Part shown: piece by piece, positions 28,955 through 37,891 of the stretch
Position numbering within the stretch: position 1 is the stretch's first letter
How the letters are laid out: each line of letters starts with the position of its first letter
DNA from: a virus
IMG/VR virus record: IMGVR_UViG_3300048892_000198
Span: 46,729-110,728 of that record
Length of the DNA stretch: 64,000 bases
Direction: 5' to 3' (one strand)
The notes under the pieces: generated by a model
Databases searched by the model: none
Seen by the model: only the letters and a program-made list of their open reading frames with translations
What the model was told of the DNA's origin: nothing
Translations under genes and position numbers: made by a program

Positions 28955-29307
28955 ATCGCCTCGGCACTCCCGCGCAGATCATCGTGTCGATCGCGGTGAT
29001 CGCGTTCATGATTTGGATGGTGATTGGTAGTCGGAAGAAGCGGGTGGTTCGAGTCGCGCCACTACCGCCTGACTCGGATCCTCCATGGGTGATCTCTTGC
29101 GGGCGGTACCGTCTTCGCGGGATCGGTCCCTGGCCGAGCACGTCAGGAGTTAGGGTTTACGTGATCGATATGCAGGGGAGTTGGGTGCGATGGTGTTACT
29201 ACAGCCGAGAGCCCACTCCGGATTTTGAGCGATACTATGGCGATGAACGATCGCGCCTCGAGTACTTCGAGCGGCTCTTCGAGCCCATCGATAAGGACGA
29301 GATCTAA
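28951..29307 (+). CDS. membrane-anchored hypothetical protein
   Basis: N-terminal TM helix; coupled. Confidence 0.6.
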   Translation: MNRLGTPAQIIVSIAVIAFMIWMVIGSRKKRVVRVAPLPPDSDPPWVISCGRYRLRGIGPWPSTSGVRVYVIDMQGSWVRWCYYSREPTPDFERYYGDERSRLEYFERLFEPIDKDEI

Positions 29308-29308
29308 G

Positions 29309-29647
29309 ATGACCGACCCCGTCGATCACGCCCTGCTCGGCCTGAAGAAGGTCAAGCCGAAACCCCTCCGTCGCCTGACGCTGGTGCACGCGCAGTCTCA
29401 AGCGAAAAAGGTCGTCGAGTACCTCGGCATGTCGGGGGAACCCCTGCGCGCCATCATCCACTGGCCCATCGCTGGCCAGTACCTGATCGCGCCCCGGTCG
29501 GGCACGATCTTGGGTTCTGCCGAGGCGCTCCGTCACTGGAAGGTTACCGCGCAGGATCACGTCTTCCTGAAGCAGGAGTATCGCCTGGCCCGCGCGCGCG
29601 TGCCGCTGCGACCTGAGCGCGTGGAGGGGCTGGCCAAATGCCGATAG
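29309..29647 (+). CDS. hypothetical protein
   Basis: Start MTDPVDH. Confidence 0.6.
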   Translation: MTDPVDHALLGLKKVKPKPLRRLTLVHAQSQAKKVVEYLGMSGEPLRAIIHWPIAGQYLIAPRSGTILGSAEALRHWKVTAQDHVFLKQEYRLARARVPLRPERVEGLAKCR

Positions 29648-30192
29648 ATCGGGATCGCTACTGCGAGGAGCACGGCGGCGGCGCTCTCCGGCAAGACTGC
29701 GTTGCGTGCTCAGCAAACGAGAGTGTCGGGCACCCGGCATGGCCAGATCCGCCCCCCGTCGACACTCGCCCCTGGTGCGTGTTCGTGTCGGGGTCGAGGG
29801 ATCTCCAGTGGAGCCATCAGGAGATCATTCGAGAGGAGCTGAAGCCGTTCGTGGGTCAGTATTCGACCGTGATCCACGGCATGGGGGAAGGTCGGAAATC
29901 CTACATACCCGGTTGTGATCGGGTCGCCGATTTCGCCGCTCGCGAGATGGGTTTCCACATCATCGCGATCCCCGCGCTTTGGGATGAGCAGCACTTGGCC
30001 GCAGGCCCCATCCGCAATCGCCTCTGTGCCCAGATGCTCCTGCTCTTTGGCAAGCACGGCTATCGCCTGGCAATGCTCGGCTTCTCGACGGGCGGCAAGG
30101 GCACCGAAGGCGCACTCGAGCTCATGGAGCGTCTCTACGATCGCGAGCAGGCCGACGTGCTGATCAAGAAAGTTCCCATGGTGGTCTCATGA
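29638..30192 (+). CDS. SLOG family (YspA/DUF2493-like) protein
   Basis: VFVSGSRD...VIHG...GCDRVA...PALW...AAGPIRN...GKGT. Confidence 0.8.
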   Translation: MPIDRDRYCEEHGGGALRQDCVACSANESVGHPAWPDPPPVDTRPWCVFVSGSRDLQWSHQEIIREELKPFVGQYSTVIHGMGEGRKSYIPGCDRVADFAAREMGFHIIAIPALWDEQHLAAGPIRNRLCAQMLLLFGKHGYRLAMLGFSTGGKGTEGALELMERLYDREQADVLIKKVPMVVS

Positions 30193-30440
30193 CGCCATGG
30201 CTGGCAGCGCTGTTGACGTTCATTTCAGGGTTTACGATCGAAACGGCGTGCGTCTATTGGGTGCACTTTTCTGAGCGCAACCGAGCGCTCCCCACAGCGC
30301 TCTGCTCGATGGCGATCGGCACCGCTCAGGTGCTAGGGATCGGCGAGTCGATTCACGACTGGCGCATGGGTGTGCCGTTCGTTTTGGGTTATGGAGCAGG
30401 GACGTTCTTCGCGGTCCGGCGTAAGGCGAGCAGGATTTGA
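30189..30440 (+). CDS. small multi-pass membrane protein
   Basis: Three hydrophobic segments; LGYGAGTFF. Confidence 0.65.
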   Translation: MTPWLAALLTFISGFTIETACVYWVHFSERNRALPTALCSMAIGTAQVLGIGESIHDWRMGVPFVLGYGAGTFFAVRRKASRI

Positions 30441-31078
30441 TCATGAACCTCCCCCTCTTGAATCGCCTCCGCACTAGCGAGATGGCCTTCCGAGCGCAGG
30501 GCCTCTTCGAGGCGGCGGTCTGCTCTCAACGCCAAGCCGACTACATCGAGTCCGGAGGCGCCGCACTCATGTGTCCGTACTCGTACCTCGACCGTGGGAT
30601 CGGTGACGGTAAGCTGGAGTTCGATGCGCGCGACGGATGGCTTCGGATTTTCTCAGTGGATGGCGGCGCTTGCCTCTCGTTTACGATCGATCGAGCATCG
30701 GCGCTGTGGATGCTCTTGCTCGCCTACCTCGAGATCACGCCCGACGAACTCCGTGACCTGGCCGACAGCGTCGAGCGCGTGCCGCTGTCGCTCGACGAGA
30801 TCCCAGTAGTGGGAGATGACTCGGATGTACGGATCTTCGTGTTCGAAGACGGGCGGGTGTACAAACGCTGGCGGGATGATCACGAGCGCTGGGGGGTGTT
30901 CATGCAAGCCGATAGCATCGAGGCGGCGCTGAAGGGCTGCGCGCGCGAGTGCTGGCTAGGAGAAGCATTAGGCCCCGGCGTCGTGCGGTGGCACCGCACT
31001 CACGTCGGCGGCAGGCTCCCGGATCATCGCCCGTTCTTCAGGTGGCTCAAGAAGTTCAGGGCCGAGGCCGAGCCATGA
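30437..31078 (+). CDS. hypothetical protein
   Basis: 213 aa coupled ORF. Confidence 0.6.
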   Translation: MIMNLPLLNRLRTSEMAFRAQGLFEAAVCSQRQADYIESGGAALMCPYSYLDRGIGDGKLEFDARDGWLRIFSVDGGACLSFTIDRASALWMLLLAYLEITPDELRDLADSVERVPLSLDEIPVVGDDSDVRIFVFEDGRVYKRWRDDHERWGVFMQADSIEAALKGCARECWLGEALGPGVVRWHRTHVGGRLPDHRPFFRWLKKFRAEAEP

Positions 31079-31335
31079 AGATCAAGATCTGGAATCCCGA
31101 CAACGAAAACGAGGAGGACGCCGACGAGCTCGATTTCGACTATGAGCTCGACGATCCCGATCTCGGGTGGCGGCTTGCGAATGAGGTCGAGGACGTGGCA
31201 GAGAAGGAGCGAGATTGCGAATGGACTGAAGGCGCGCGGACGTACCACGTGCGTCTCGGCAAGGAGCTAAAGGTATTCGCGGTCGAGATAGAATGGAGTC
31301 CGATGTTTAGCGCGTCGGAGGTGAAGCGACCATGA
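31075..31335 (+). CDS. acidic hypothetical protein (MKIKIW paralog 1)
   Basis: MKIKIWNPDNENEEDA; ATGA-coupled. Confidence 0.65.
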   Translation: MKIKIWNPDNENEEDADELDFDYELDDPDLGWRLANEVEDVAEKERDCEWTEGARTYHVRLGKELKVFAVEIEWSPMFSASEVKRP

Positions 31336-31586
31336 AGATCAAGATCTGGGACGCCCTGAACCAATCAGAGGAAGAGGCAACCGAGCGCGAATGCTCCGGA
31401 TACGTCAATGGAGCTGTCGAGACATTCATGGAACAGCGGTGGTCCAATTGCGACTACGTAGAGACCATGGAGATCAATGTACGCTTCGAGGATGGCAAAC
31501 TCTTGGAGTTCATCTGCCACGCCGAGCAGACCGTGATCTTTCGAGCGAAGATGAAGCACTACGTCGTGGGAGGATCAGTCCCGTGA
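31332..31586 (+). CDS. acidic hypothetical protein (MKIKIW paralog 2)
   Basis: MKIKIWDALNQSEEEA; ATGA-coupled. Confidence 0.65.
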   Translation: MKIKIWDALNQSEEEATERECSGYVNGAVETFMEQRWSNCDYVETMEINVRFEDGKLLEFICHAEQTVIFRAKMKHYVVGGSVP

Positions 31587-32665
31587 TCCTCTTCAGCGTC
31601 GTGCTCATCGTGCCCTTGCTGTTCGTGCTGCTGGCGTTCTTCTTGTCGAAGAAGATCGTCTGGCAAGAGCTCCTCCTGATCATCGGGGCCCAAGCCATCG
31701 TCGCCGCCGCAGCCGCCGGCATCTGCTACTCCTCCAACATCTCGGACACCGAAACCTGGAACGGTTCGGTCACCCGCAAGCGGCAGGTGGAGGTGTCCTG
31801 CTCGCATTCGTATTCGTGCAACTGCCGTGAGAGCTGCTCCGGATCCGGCAAGAATCAATCATGCTCCACCGTGTGCGACACCTGTTACGAGCACACCAAT
31901 GACTGGGACTGGCGCGTGTGGTTCTCGACGGGGAGCGAGGTCAATGTCGAGCGCGTTGACCGACGCGGATCGGACATGCCCGACCGCTACAATCGAGTCG
32001 TGATCGGTGAGCCCATCGCCGAGACGCGCTCGTACGATAACTACGTCAAGGCCTCACCCGATTCTCTCTTCCGGCACCAGGGATTGGCCCAGAAGTACGC
32101 CGCCTCGCTCCCTGCTTATCCGGGGCACGTGTACGACTACTACCGCCTCGACCGCATCGTGCAAGTCGGCACGCAGGTCCCCGATCTGCCCCAATGGAAC
32201 CTCGATCTCGCGCGCCTCAACGCCGAGCTCGGCGCGCCGCGCCAGGTCAACGTCATCGTGGTGCTCGTGCAGCATCAGCCGGACGACTGGTACGACGCGC
32301 TCGAAGAGAAGTGGATCGGTGGCAAGAAAAACGACGTGGTACTGGTCGTCTCGCTCGATCGCGAGCGGAAACCCGAGTGGGCGCGGGTGATGGCCTGGAC
32401 CGTCAATCCGATCTTCAAGGTGAAGCTTCGGGACCAGATCATGGCGGCGCCCATCCTCGAGCGCTGGACCGTGATGGAAGCCCTCCGCTCGACCATCGTC
32501 GCCTACCACCACCGGAAACCCATGGCAGACTTCCAGTACCTGGCAGCCTCCATCACGCCGACCGGCACCGAGTGGACGGTGACGCTCCTCCTCGGATTCC
32601 TGGTCGCCGCCGGGCTCACCTGGCTCTTCCAAGTGAACGACTTCTTCGAAAACCCCTACCGCTAG
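31583..32665 (+). CDS. membrane protein with Cys-rich extracytoplasmic domain
   Basis: Two N-terminal TMs; CSHSYSCNC...CDTCYEH; WIGGKKNDVV; C-terminal TM. Confidence 0.8.
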   Translation: MILFSVVLIVPLLFVLLAFFLSKKIVWQELLLIIGAQAIVAAAAAGICYSSNISDTETWNGSVTRKRQVEVSCSHSYSCNCRESCSGSGKNQSCSTVCDTCYEHTNDWDWRVWFSTGSEVNVERVDRRGSDMPDRYNRVVIGEPIAETRSYDNYVKASPDSLFRHQGLAQKYAASLPAYPGHVYDYYRLDRIVQVGTQVPDLPQWNLDLARLNAELGAPRQVNVIVVLVQHQPDDWYDALEEKWIGGKKNDVVLVVSLDRERKPEWARVMAWTVNPIFKVKLRDQIMAAPILERWTVMEALRSTIVAYHHRKPMADFQYLAASITPTGTEWTVTLLLGFLVAAGLTWLFQVNDFFENPYR

Positions 32666-32671
32666 GAACCC

Positions 32672-33250
32672 ATGTCAAACGCCATCAAAGCCCTCCTGAT
32701 CGCCTTTGTGCTCTTCGTCGTGTGCGGCCTGACCGTCACGAGCTGCGTCGTCGGCACCAACAACGACTGCGTGCGCCAAGAGGCAGGCCTCAAGGCCCAG
32801 TACTCCCAAAACCAGAACAACTACTCGAGCTACTTCAACAAGCTGAAGGAGACGGCTCAAGTGCCTGCCATGTACGCCGGCGACCTCGAGAAGATCTTCG
32901 CCGACACCATGAAGGGGCGATACGGCGCCGACGGATCGAAGGCGGCGTTCTCGTTTATTCAGGAGCACAACCCTTCCATCGATCCGAAGATGTACGTGCA
33001 GATCCAGCAGGTCATCGAGTCGGGCCGCGACAGCTTCGAGGCCGACCAGAAAACGCTGCTCGACAAAAAGCGGATCTACGAAGTGACGCTGGCGGAGTTC
33101 CCGGGGGGAAGCCTCGCACACATGCTCGGCTTCCCCAAAACGAATCTCGCCATCTATGACATCGTCACGAACGACGAGACGACCAAAGCCTTCGCGACGA
33201 AGAAAGCGGGGCCCATTTCGCTCGCCGCTCCCGTGCCGACGGCGCAATGA
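32672..33250 (+). CDS. membrane-anchored helical protein (LemA-like)
   Basis: TM helix, then helical bundle; [13 protein letters not shown] resembles the LemA FP..L.A..FGF motif. Confidence 0.6.
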   Translation: MSNAIKALLIAFVLFVVCGLTVTSCVVGTNNDCVRQEAGLKAQYSQNQNNYSSYFNKLKETAQVPAMYAGDLEKIFADTMKGRYGADGSKAAFSFIQEHNPSIDPKMYVQIQQVIESGRDSFEADQKTLLDKKRIYEVTLAEFPGGSLAHMLGFPKTNLAIYDIVTNDETTKAFATKKAGPISLAAPVPTAQ

Positions 33251-33489
33251 CACGGAAACCCACCCGGCGCGATCTGCTGGTGGTGATCGGACGCCTGCAG
33301 AACCTGATCGGCGTCGCCCGCATGAACTACGAAGACGACCGCAACCAGAACGGCATCGAGCACGGGCGCGCGGCGGCTGCCGAAGCGCACTCGCTGTGCA
33401 TCGGCGCGTTGAGTCAAGACCCACCGGTCGATGTCACTCGCGGCCCATGGGCCGCGAGGGAGCTCTTGCAGCGGCGGCTGAGGAAGTGA
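33247..33489 (+). CDS. hypothetical protein
   Basis: Coupled ORF. Confidence 0.55.
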   Translation: MTRKPTRRDLLVVIGRLQNLIGVARMNYEDDRNQNGIEHGRAAAAEAHSLCIGALSQDPPVDVTRGPWAARELLQRRLRK

Positions 33490-33683
33490 CCCGAAAGAAC
33501 CACATGCTGCGCGACGCCGAAAAGGACTTGGTGTTCGCGGTCGGCAAGCTCCAGTCAGGTAACCGCGTCGCTGCCTACCTGAACGCCCTAATGGCCATCG
33601 TGCACATCGGCCAGGCGATGACGGAAGCAGAGCATCAGCAGGCACTGCTCGCGACGACGCGAGCAGTGGAGTCAACACAATGA
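33486..33683 (+). CDS. hypothetical protein
   Basis: GTGA-coupled. Confidence 0.5.
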   Translation: MTRKNHMLRDAEKDLVFAVGKLQSGNRVAAYLNALMAIVHIGQAMTEAEHQQALLATTRAVESTQ

Positions 33684-33913
33684 ACAAAACAGAAACGAGC
33701 GGCGGCTTCACGGTCACTCTGCTGGCCGGGAACCAAGAGCTGGTGCTGAGTGGGCCCATTAGTGGGCCGTTCTTAAATGTTTCGATCCGTGAAGCGTTTC
33801 CGGAGATGAGTGACCACTCGCTCAGGATGATCGCGCGAGCACTGGCCGAGTGCTACCTCGCGGGCAGGCGCGACAAGATGAGTCAGATCAAGACAGCGCT
33901 GGAGACCCCATGA
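33680..33913 (+). CDS. hypothetical protein
   Basis: Coupled; GGAG RBS. Confidence 0.55.
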   Translation: MNKTETSGGFTVTLLAGNQELVLSGPISGPFLNVSIREAFPEMSDHSLRMIARALAECYLAGRRDKMSQIKTALETP

Positions 33914-34128
33914 CGCGCGACGAGCTCCGAGTCTACGCCCAAGCAATCATCGGTGAGCTGTACGATATAGACGGCGATCTGCGTCGCGTCGATACGGATT
34001 CGCGTCTCGATGAGGATTACAAGATCGAGCGCCAGCCGAAGTTCAAGCGGGAGTTCTTTGAAGAGCTTGAGCGTCGCGCCAAGGCCCTGCACGAGCACAT
34101 GTACGGTCCCGACAGTCCCTATGGCTAA
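33910..34128 (+). CDS. hypothetical protein
   Basis: Coupled; GGAG RBS. Confidence 0.55.
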   Translation: MTRDELRVYAQAIIGELYDIDGDLRRVDTDSRLDEDYKIERQPKFKREFFEELERRAKALHEHMYGPDSPYG

Positions 34129-34357
34129 GAAAGAAAAGTCCCTCACCCTGATGGAGGTGCTCGGCATGCTGCAAGAATCGGAGCAGCGCGAGGCATGGCT
34201 CCGCGACGAAAACGCCCTCCTCCGCCAGCGCTTGCTCCTGCACGAAAACGATCGCGTCGTCCGAAGCCTCGTGCACGTGCCCGGCCCGGATGGGTCGCAG
34301 GGCGAGCTCATCGTGCTCGACGAACTCACCCTGCAGTATCGCTTGCCCCCAACTTGA
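34121..34357 (+). CDS. hypothetical protein
   Basis: MAKKEKSL. Confidence 0.55.
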   Translation: MAKKEKSLTLMEVLGMLQESEQREAWLRDENALLRQRLLLHENDRVVRSLVHVPGPDGSQGELIVLDELTLQYRLPPT

Positions 34358-34383
34358 CCCTCCCCTTCCCCCTTAGGTACAAC
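34354..34383 (+). promoter_or_regulatory. sigma70-like promoter, probably leaderless
   Basis: TTGACC-N18-TACAAC, 7 nt before ATG 34391. Confidence 0.5.
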
Positions 34384-34390
34384 GCGCCCC

Positions 34391-34993
34391 ATGGATCTCC
34401 TGACTGCCATCTTCGACTCGCTCATGCGCATGACGCCCCACAATACGGACACCGAGTCCAAAGTAGAGCGCATCGCCCGCATGCACATCATCGCCCCCGC
34501 CATCCACGACGCGACGCTGCGCGCCTCGTGCTCAGGTAGCTTTGCAGTACCGGACTGCAAGCCCATCTTTTCCGATCGCCGCACGCTCGCGGGGCTCCTC
34601 CTCGGCAAAGGCCACTTCGAATCGGACTTCGCCGAATACGTGCACGAAGGTCACTGCCTCGATGGCCCGGTCGGCGCGCGCTGCGACGCCGACAAGAACG
34701 GCGTCCCCCGCGCCCACGGCCCCTGGCAGCAATGGAAGATCTCCGTCTTCCCCCAAGAAGACTGGGACAAGCTCGAGGGCTCGACGCCCGAGGCGACCGA
34801 GCTTGCGGCCTGGCACGCAGCCGTGCTCCTCGCCGGCTCGCGCTCGTCGTGCCGGAACGCTTACAACGGCGACGAGATCCAGGCGGCCATCGCGGGGTTT
34901 TCTGGGTCGTGCACGATGCGGATGCGGCCTGAGAAGATCGCCTACCAGGCCTCGGTCGTCAGAAAGATCTTGGCGACGCTGCCGGCGGAGTGA
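34391..34993 (+). CDS. putative lytic transglycosylase/lysozyme-fold protein (endolysin candidate)
   Basis: LLLGKGHFESDF (catalytic ES-like) and AHGPWQ (GxMQ-like). Confidence 0.45.
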   Translation: MDLLTAIFDSLMRMTPHNTDTESKVERIARMHIIAPAIHDATLRASCSGSFAVPDCKPIFSDRRTLAGLLLGKGHFESDFAEYVHEGHCLDGPVGARCDADKNGVPRAHGPWQQWKISVFPQEDWDKLEGSTPEATELAAWHAAVLLAGSRSSCRNAYNGDEIQAAIAGFSGSCTMRMRPEKIAYQASVVRKILATLPAE

Positions 34994-34996
34994 AGC

Positions 34997-35386
34997 ATGA
35001 TGGGCCTTTGGCACAACGGCTGGTGCTCGTTCCTCACGGCGCATCACCCCGACTCCTGGGGCTATGGCTACTCGGGCACCGAGGCTGAGGCCCTCGCAGG
35101 GCAGGCGCAATTCGTGAAGGAAGGCATGCCCGCTTCCGAGTACGCGGTCGCCCCTTTCGACCATCTTCGCGATCCGATCGTGAGACCGGGTAAGCCATCG
35201 ACGGTGCAGCTAGCCGCAATGCAGGCCATTGGGATTAACCGCGGCCCCTACCTGAAGGCGACGTACTCAGCGCTGCTCAATCACGGCTGGATCTGCAACA
35301 GTGTCACCGCGGAAGGTCAACAGGCGCAGCCGCATCTACGGCTCACGGCAGCGGGCAGAAAGTTCCTGGAGCTCAGCACTCCGTAA
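34997..35386 (+). CDS. hypothetical protein with wHTH-like C-terminus
   Basis: TYSALLNHGWI...LRLTAAGRKFL. Confidence 0.55.
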   Translation: MMGLWHNGWCSFLTAHHPDSWGYGYSGTEAEALAGQAQFVKEGMPASEYAVAPFDHLRDPIVRPGKPSTVQLAAMQAIGINRGPYLKATYSALLNHGWICNSVTAEGQQAQPHLRLTAAGRKFLELSTP

Positions 35387-35985
35387 CCCGACACGGCGTG
35401 CGAGCCAATCAGATCCATAAACACCTGCTGCCCCATCGCGTAAGCCGGCGCCTCGAACGGATTGGTCTCCGGATGCCCCGCTTGCGCTGCCGCTTTTCCC
35501 TCGCGGTACTGCTCGTGCGTCATGCCCGTCGCGTACTCGGCGACGTGGAAAAGTTCATGGGCGAGCGTGCTCATGGAGGTCGGGCTCGTGAAGAGCACGT
35601 TCGGGTCCTTGAAGTAGATGTCCCGGTCGAGTGTCGCGGCGACGGCGCCCTCGGGCGCGGGCGCGCCGCCGCGCCATTGCCCCCACTGCCCGAGGTGGAG
35701 CACGGCCACACCGAGGAGCTCCGGGCGGTAGTAGGCGCTGAGCACCGACTTTTCCCAGTTGGTCAGGGTGCGCGTCACGGCCCCCGCCGTCAAAAACGCG
35801 CTCGGCGGCGGCGAGTCCCAAGCAGACAGCGTCGGCCCGGTCGGCGTGTCCGGCGGCCGCACCCCGGGAGGCGCCGCTGCCTCGGCCACCACCCGCGCCT
35901 CTCGCCGTTTTCCCCACAGGTAGAGCCCCGCGCCCGCGGCGAGCACCACCCCGACGGCGAGCTTGTATTCGAACGGCACCGGCAT
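35317..35985 (-). CDS. membrane-anchored HExxH zinc metallopeptidase (DUF4157-like)
   Basis: N-terminal TM; RTLTNWEK; AATLDRDIYF; TLAHELFHVAEY; NPFEAPAY. Confidence 0.7.
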   Translation of the reverse strand: MPVPFEYKLAVGVVLAAGAGLYLWGKRREARVVAEAAAPPGVRPPDTPTGPTLSAWDSPPPSAFLTAGAVTRTLTNWEKSVLSAYYRPELLGVAVLHLGQWGQWRGGAPAPEGAVAATLDRDIYFKDPNVLFTSPTSMSTLAHELFHVAEYATGMTHEQYREGKAAAQAGHPETNPFEAPAYAMGQQVFMDLIGSHAVSGYGVLSSRNFLPAAVSRRCGCAC

Positions 35986-36150
35986 TCCACAAAGAGCTTG
36001 CCAGTGCTCGGGAGGCCGGAGCAAGCTTTTGGTCCCGTAACCGGGCCTGCGTGTGAAGGGGCAGGTAAAACTCAGTGGGCGCGCTCGAGTCCAAAGGGCT
36101 GTGACACGGCCAGCCACGGGCGCGCCCCGCCTGAACATCGCTCGGAAAAC

Positions 36151-36180
36151 TTTCGTTCCGGCCCCGCCCCGCGCTATCCT
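36151..36180 (+). promoter_or_regulatory. sigma70-like promoter, probably leaderless
   Basis: TTTCGT-N18-TATCCT, 7 nt before GTG 36188. Confidence 0.4.
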
Positions 36181-36187
36181 CGGGTCC

Positions 36188-36598
36188 GTGTCGTTCGATT
36201 CCTTCGACTCCAGCGCCTATCCGGGCTTCGGTGACGACGCCAGCGTCCCAGCTCCAGCTCCGGTGCCCGCGGCGCCTCCCCCTCAGGCCATGGCGCCGCT
36301 CCCGGCTCCCGCCCCTGCCACGACGCCTGCCGCCGCGCGCCGCCGCGCCGGCGCCGCCATCGTGCTCACGGGCGTCGGCGTCGGCACGGGCGCCCTCCTC
36401 GGTGGTCTCTGGGGCGCCGGCAGCGGTCTCTTTCTCTCAGGCGCCCTCTCGAACGCCCTCCGCGCCGCAGTGCTCTGGCGATCGGACTACGCCGACGACC
36501 GCAAGGAAGCGACCAAGGCCACGGTGATGACCATCCTTGGCGTCGGCATCGGCGGCTACCTCGGCTACCGCGCGAAGCAAGCGCGGGATGACGACTGA
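36188..36598 (+). CDS. Gly-zipper membrane protein
   Basis: Pro/Ala linker, then GxxxG-rich TM helices. Confidence 0.65.
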   Translation: MSFDSFDSSAYPGFGDDASVPAPAPVPAAPPPQAMAPLPAPAPATTPAAARRRAGAAIVLTGVGVGTGALLGGLWGAGSGLFLSGALSNALRAAVLWRSDYADDRKEATKATVMTILGVGIGGYLGYRAKQARDDD

Positions 36599-36610
36599 AA
36601 GGATCTGACC

Positions 36611-36937
36611 ATGAGCTACGTCGCGCTCCCGCCTACTCCCCGCCTCGTGCGCCCGCTTGCGCCGTCCCGCTTCGGACGCGGCCTCAAGGGCCTTGGCACG
36701 ATGCTCGATGACAATATGTTTACGAGCGCGTGGTACTTGCCGCTGGTCGAGAAGATCAACAAGGTGACCGGCGCTCGCTCGTACGCCTGGGCGCCTTACA
36801 AGTACCTATCCAATTGGGATGCGCTCAGTTACAACATGAGCTTCACGCAGTATACCCCGACCACTCAGCAAGAGTCGACGCTCTACCAGTGGGACGGATC
36901 GAGCTGGCGCAAAACCAGCGTGCAGTCAGACGCCTGA
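36611..36937 (+). CDS. hypothetical protein
   Basis: AAGGA RBS; aromatic-rich. Confidence 0.65.
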   Translation: MSYVALPPTPRLVRPLAPSRFGRGLKGLGTMLDDNMFTSAWYLPLVEKINKVTGARSYAWAPYKYLSNWDALSYNMSFTQYTPTTQQESTLYQWDGSSWRKTSVQSDA

Positions 36938-36952
36938 AGGATCCCAAGCCAA

Positions 36953-37792
36953 ATGAGTGAAGTCGTATTGATGGACGGGCAGTGGACGATGTGTCGGTTT
37001 CTCCGGCCCTTCGAAAACTTCGAGCGCGTCTACCAGGGCAAAGACGGCACGACTCCGATCGCCTTCCCGGGCGACTTGGATCTCTTCGCGCAGAAGGGCG
37101 TGACGGGTTACGACCCGAACCTCATGGCGGGCGTGACCGTGCCCTACGGATCGCGCGTCACGATTTGGATCCCGCAGACCATTGCGGGCACCGTGGTCGA
37201 CGCCCTCTACCAGTACCAGATCCTCTGGCGTCTCCGGAACGTCCGCGACTACCGAGCGGGACAAGCCGAGGGGCAAGCAACGCCCAATCAAAACTACTCG
37301 GGCTACCACCTATCGACGAGCGGCTTCGGTCAGCCCGAAGTCGCCGGGGCCCAGCCCAATTCCCCGAACTCCCGCTTCTTCATTCCGGGCGCGGTGCGTA
37401 CGGCGGCTTTCCCGCAAGCCGAGCCCGCAAGCGGGCTCTCGGGCGTCGTGCACCTGACGGGTGAAATGCTGACGCCGACCCTCGATCCCATCTGGGTGCA
37501 GCCCCTCACGCCGAAGGGCACTCCCGGGATCTGGCAGCAGGGCGCCTATGTCGGCAGCTCCCACACGAACAACGGCGGACCCTCGTGGCTGACGTTTGAG
37601 TGTCAGGCGCTCGGCGACGAGATGAGCATCTTGGCTTTCAAGATCCCGCCCGGCGAAGGCTCGCCTCCCGCCTGGGATTTCTCCGCCGCCGCCCCCGGCG
37701 ACCTTTCCTTCTCGAACACCTTCGGCAACGGCAATGGGCAGAATCAGCGCACGCCCTACACGTCGATCCTGGTGACGACGGGCACGTCGTAA
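36953..37792 (+). CDS. hypothetical protein, possible virion structural protein
   Basis: 279 aa, rich in Gly/Pro/Thr, beta-like composition; AAGGA RBS. Confidence 0.65.
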   Translation: MSEVVLMDGQWTMCRFLRPFENFERVYQGKDGTTPIAFPGDLDLFAQKGVTGYDPNLMAGVTVPYGSRVTIWIPQTIAGTVVDALYQYQILWRLRNVRDYRAGQAEGQATPNQNYSGYHLSTSGFGQPEVAGAQPNSPNSRFFIPGAVRTAAFPQAEPASGLSGVVHLTGEMLTPTLDPIWVQPLTPKGTPGIWQQGAYVGSSHTNNGGPSWLTFECQALGDEMSILAFKIPPGEGSPPAWDFSAAAPGDLSFSNTFGNGNGQNQRTPYTSILVTTGTS

Positions 37793-37891
37793 GCAGAGGC
37801 AGCTCGGGCGCCTACGGAAGGACCATGCTGCGCACCACTCACTACGGCGAGCCCATAGACAGCAGGCAACTGTCTCACTAAGCTCGCGCAC

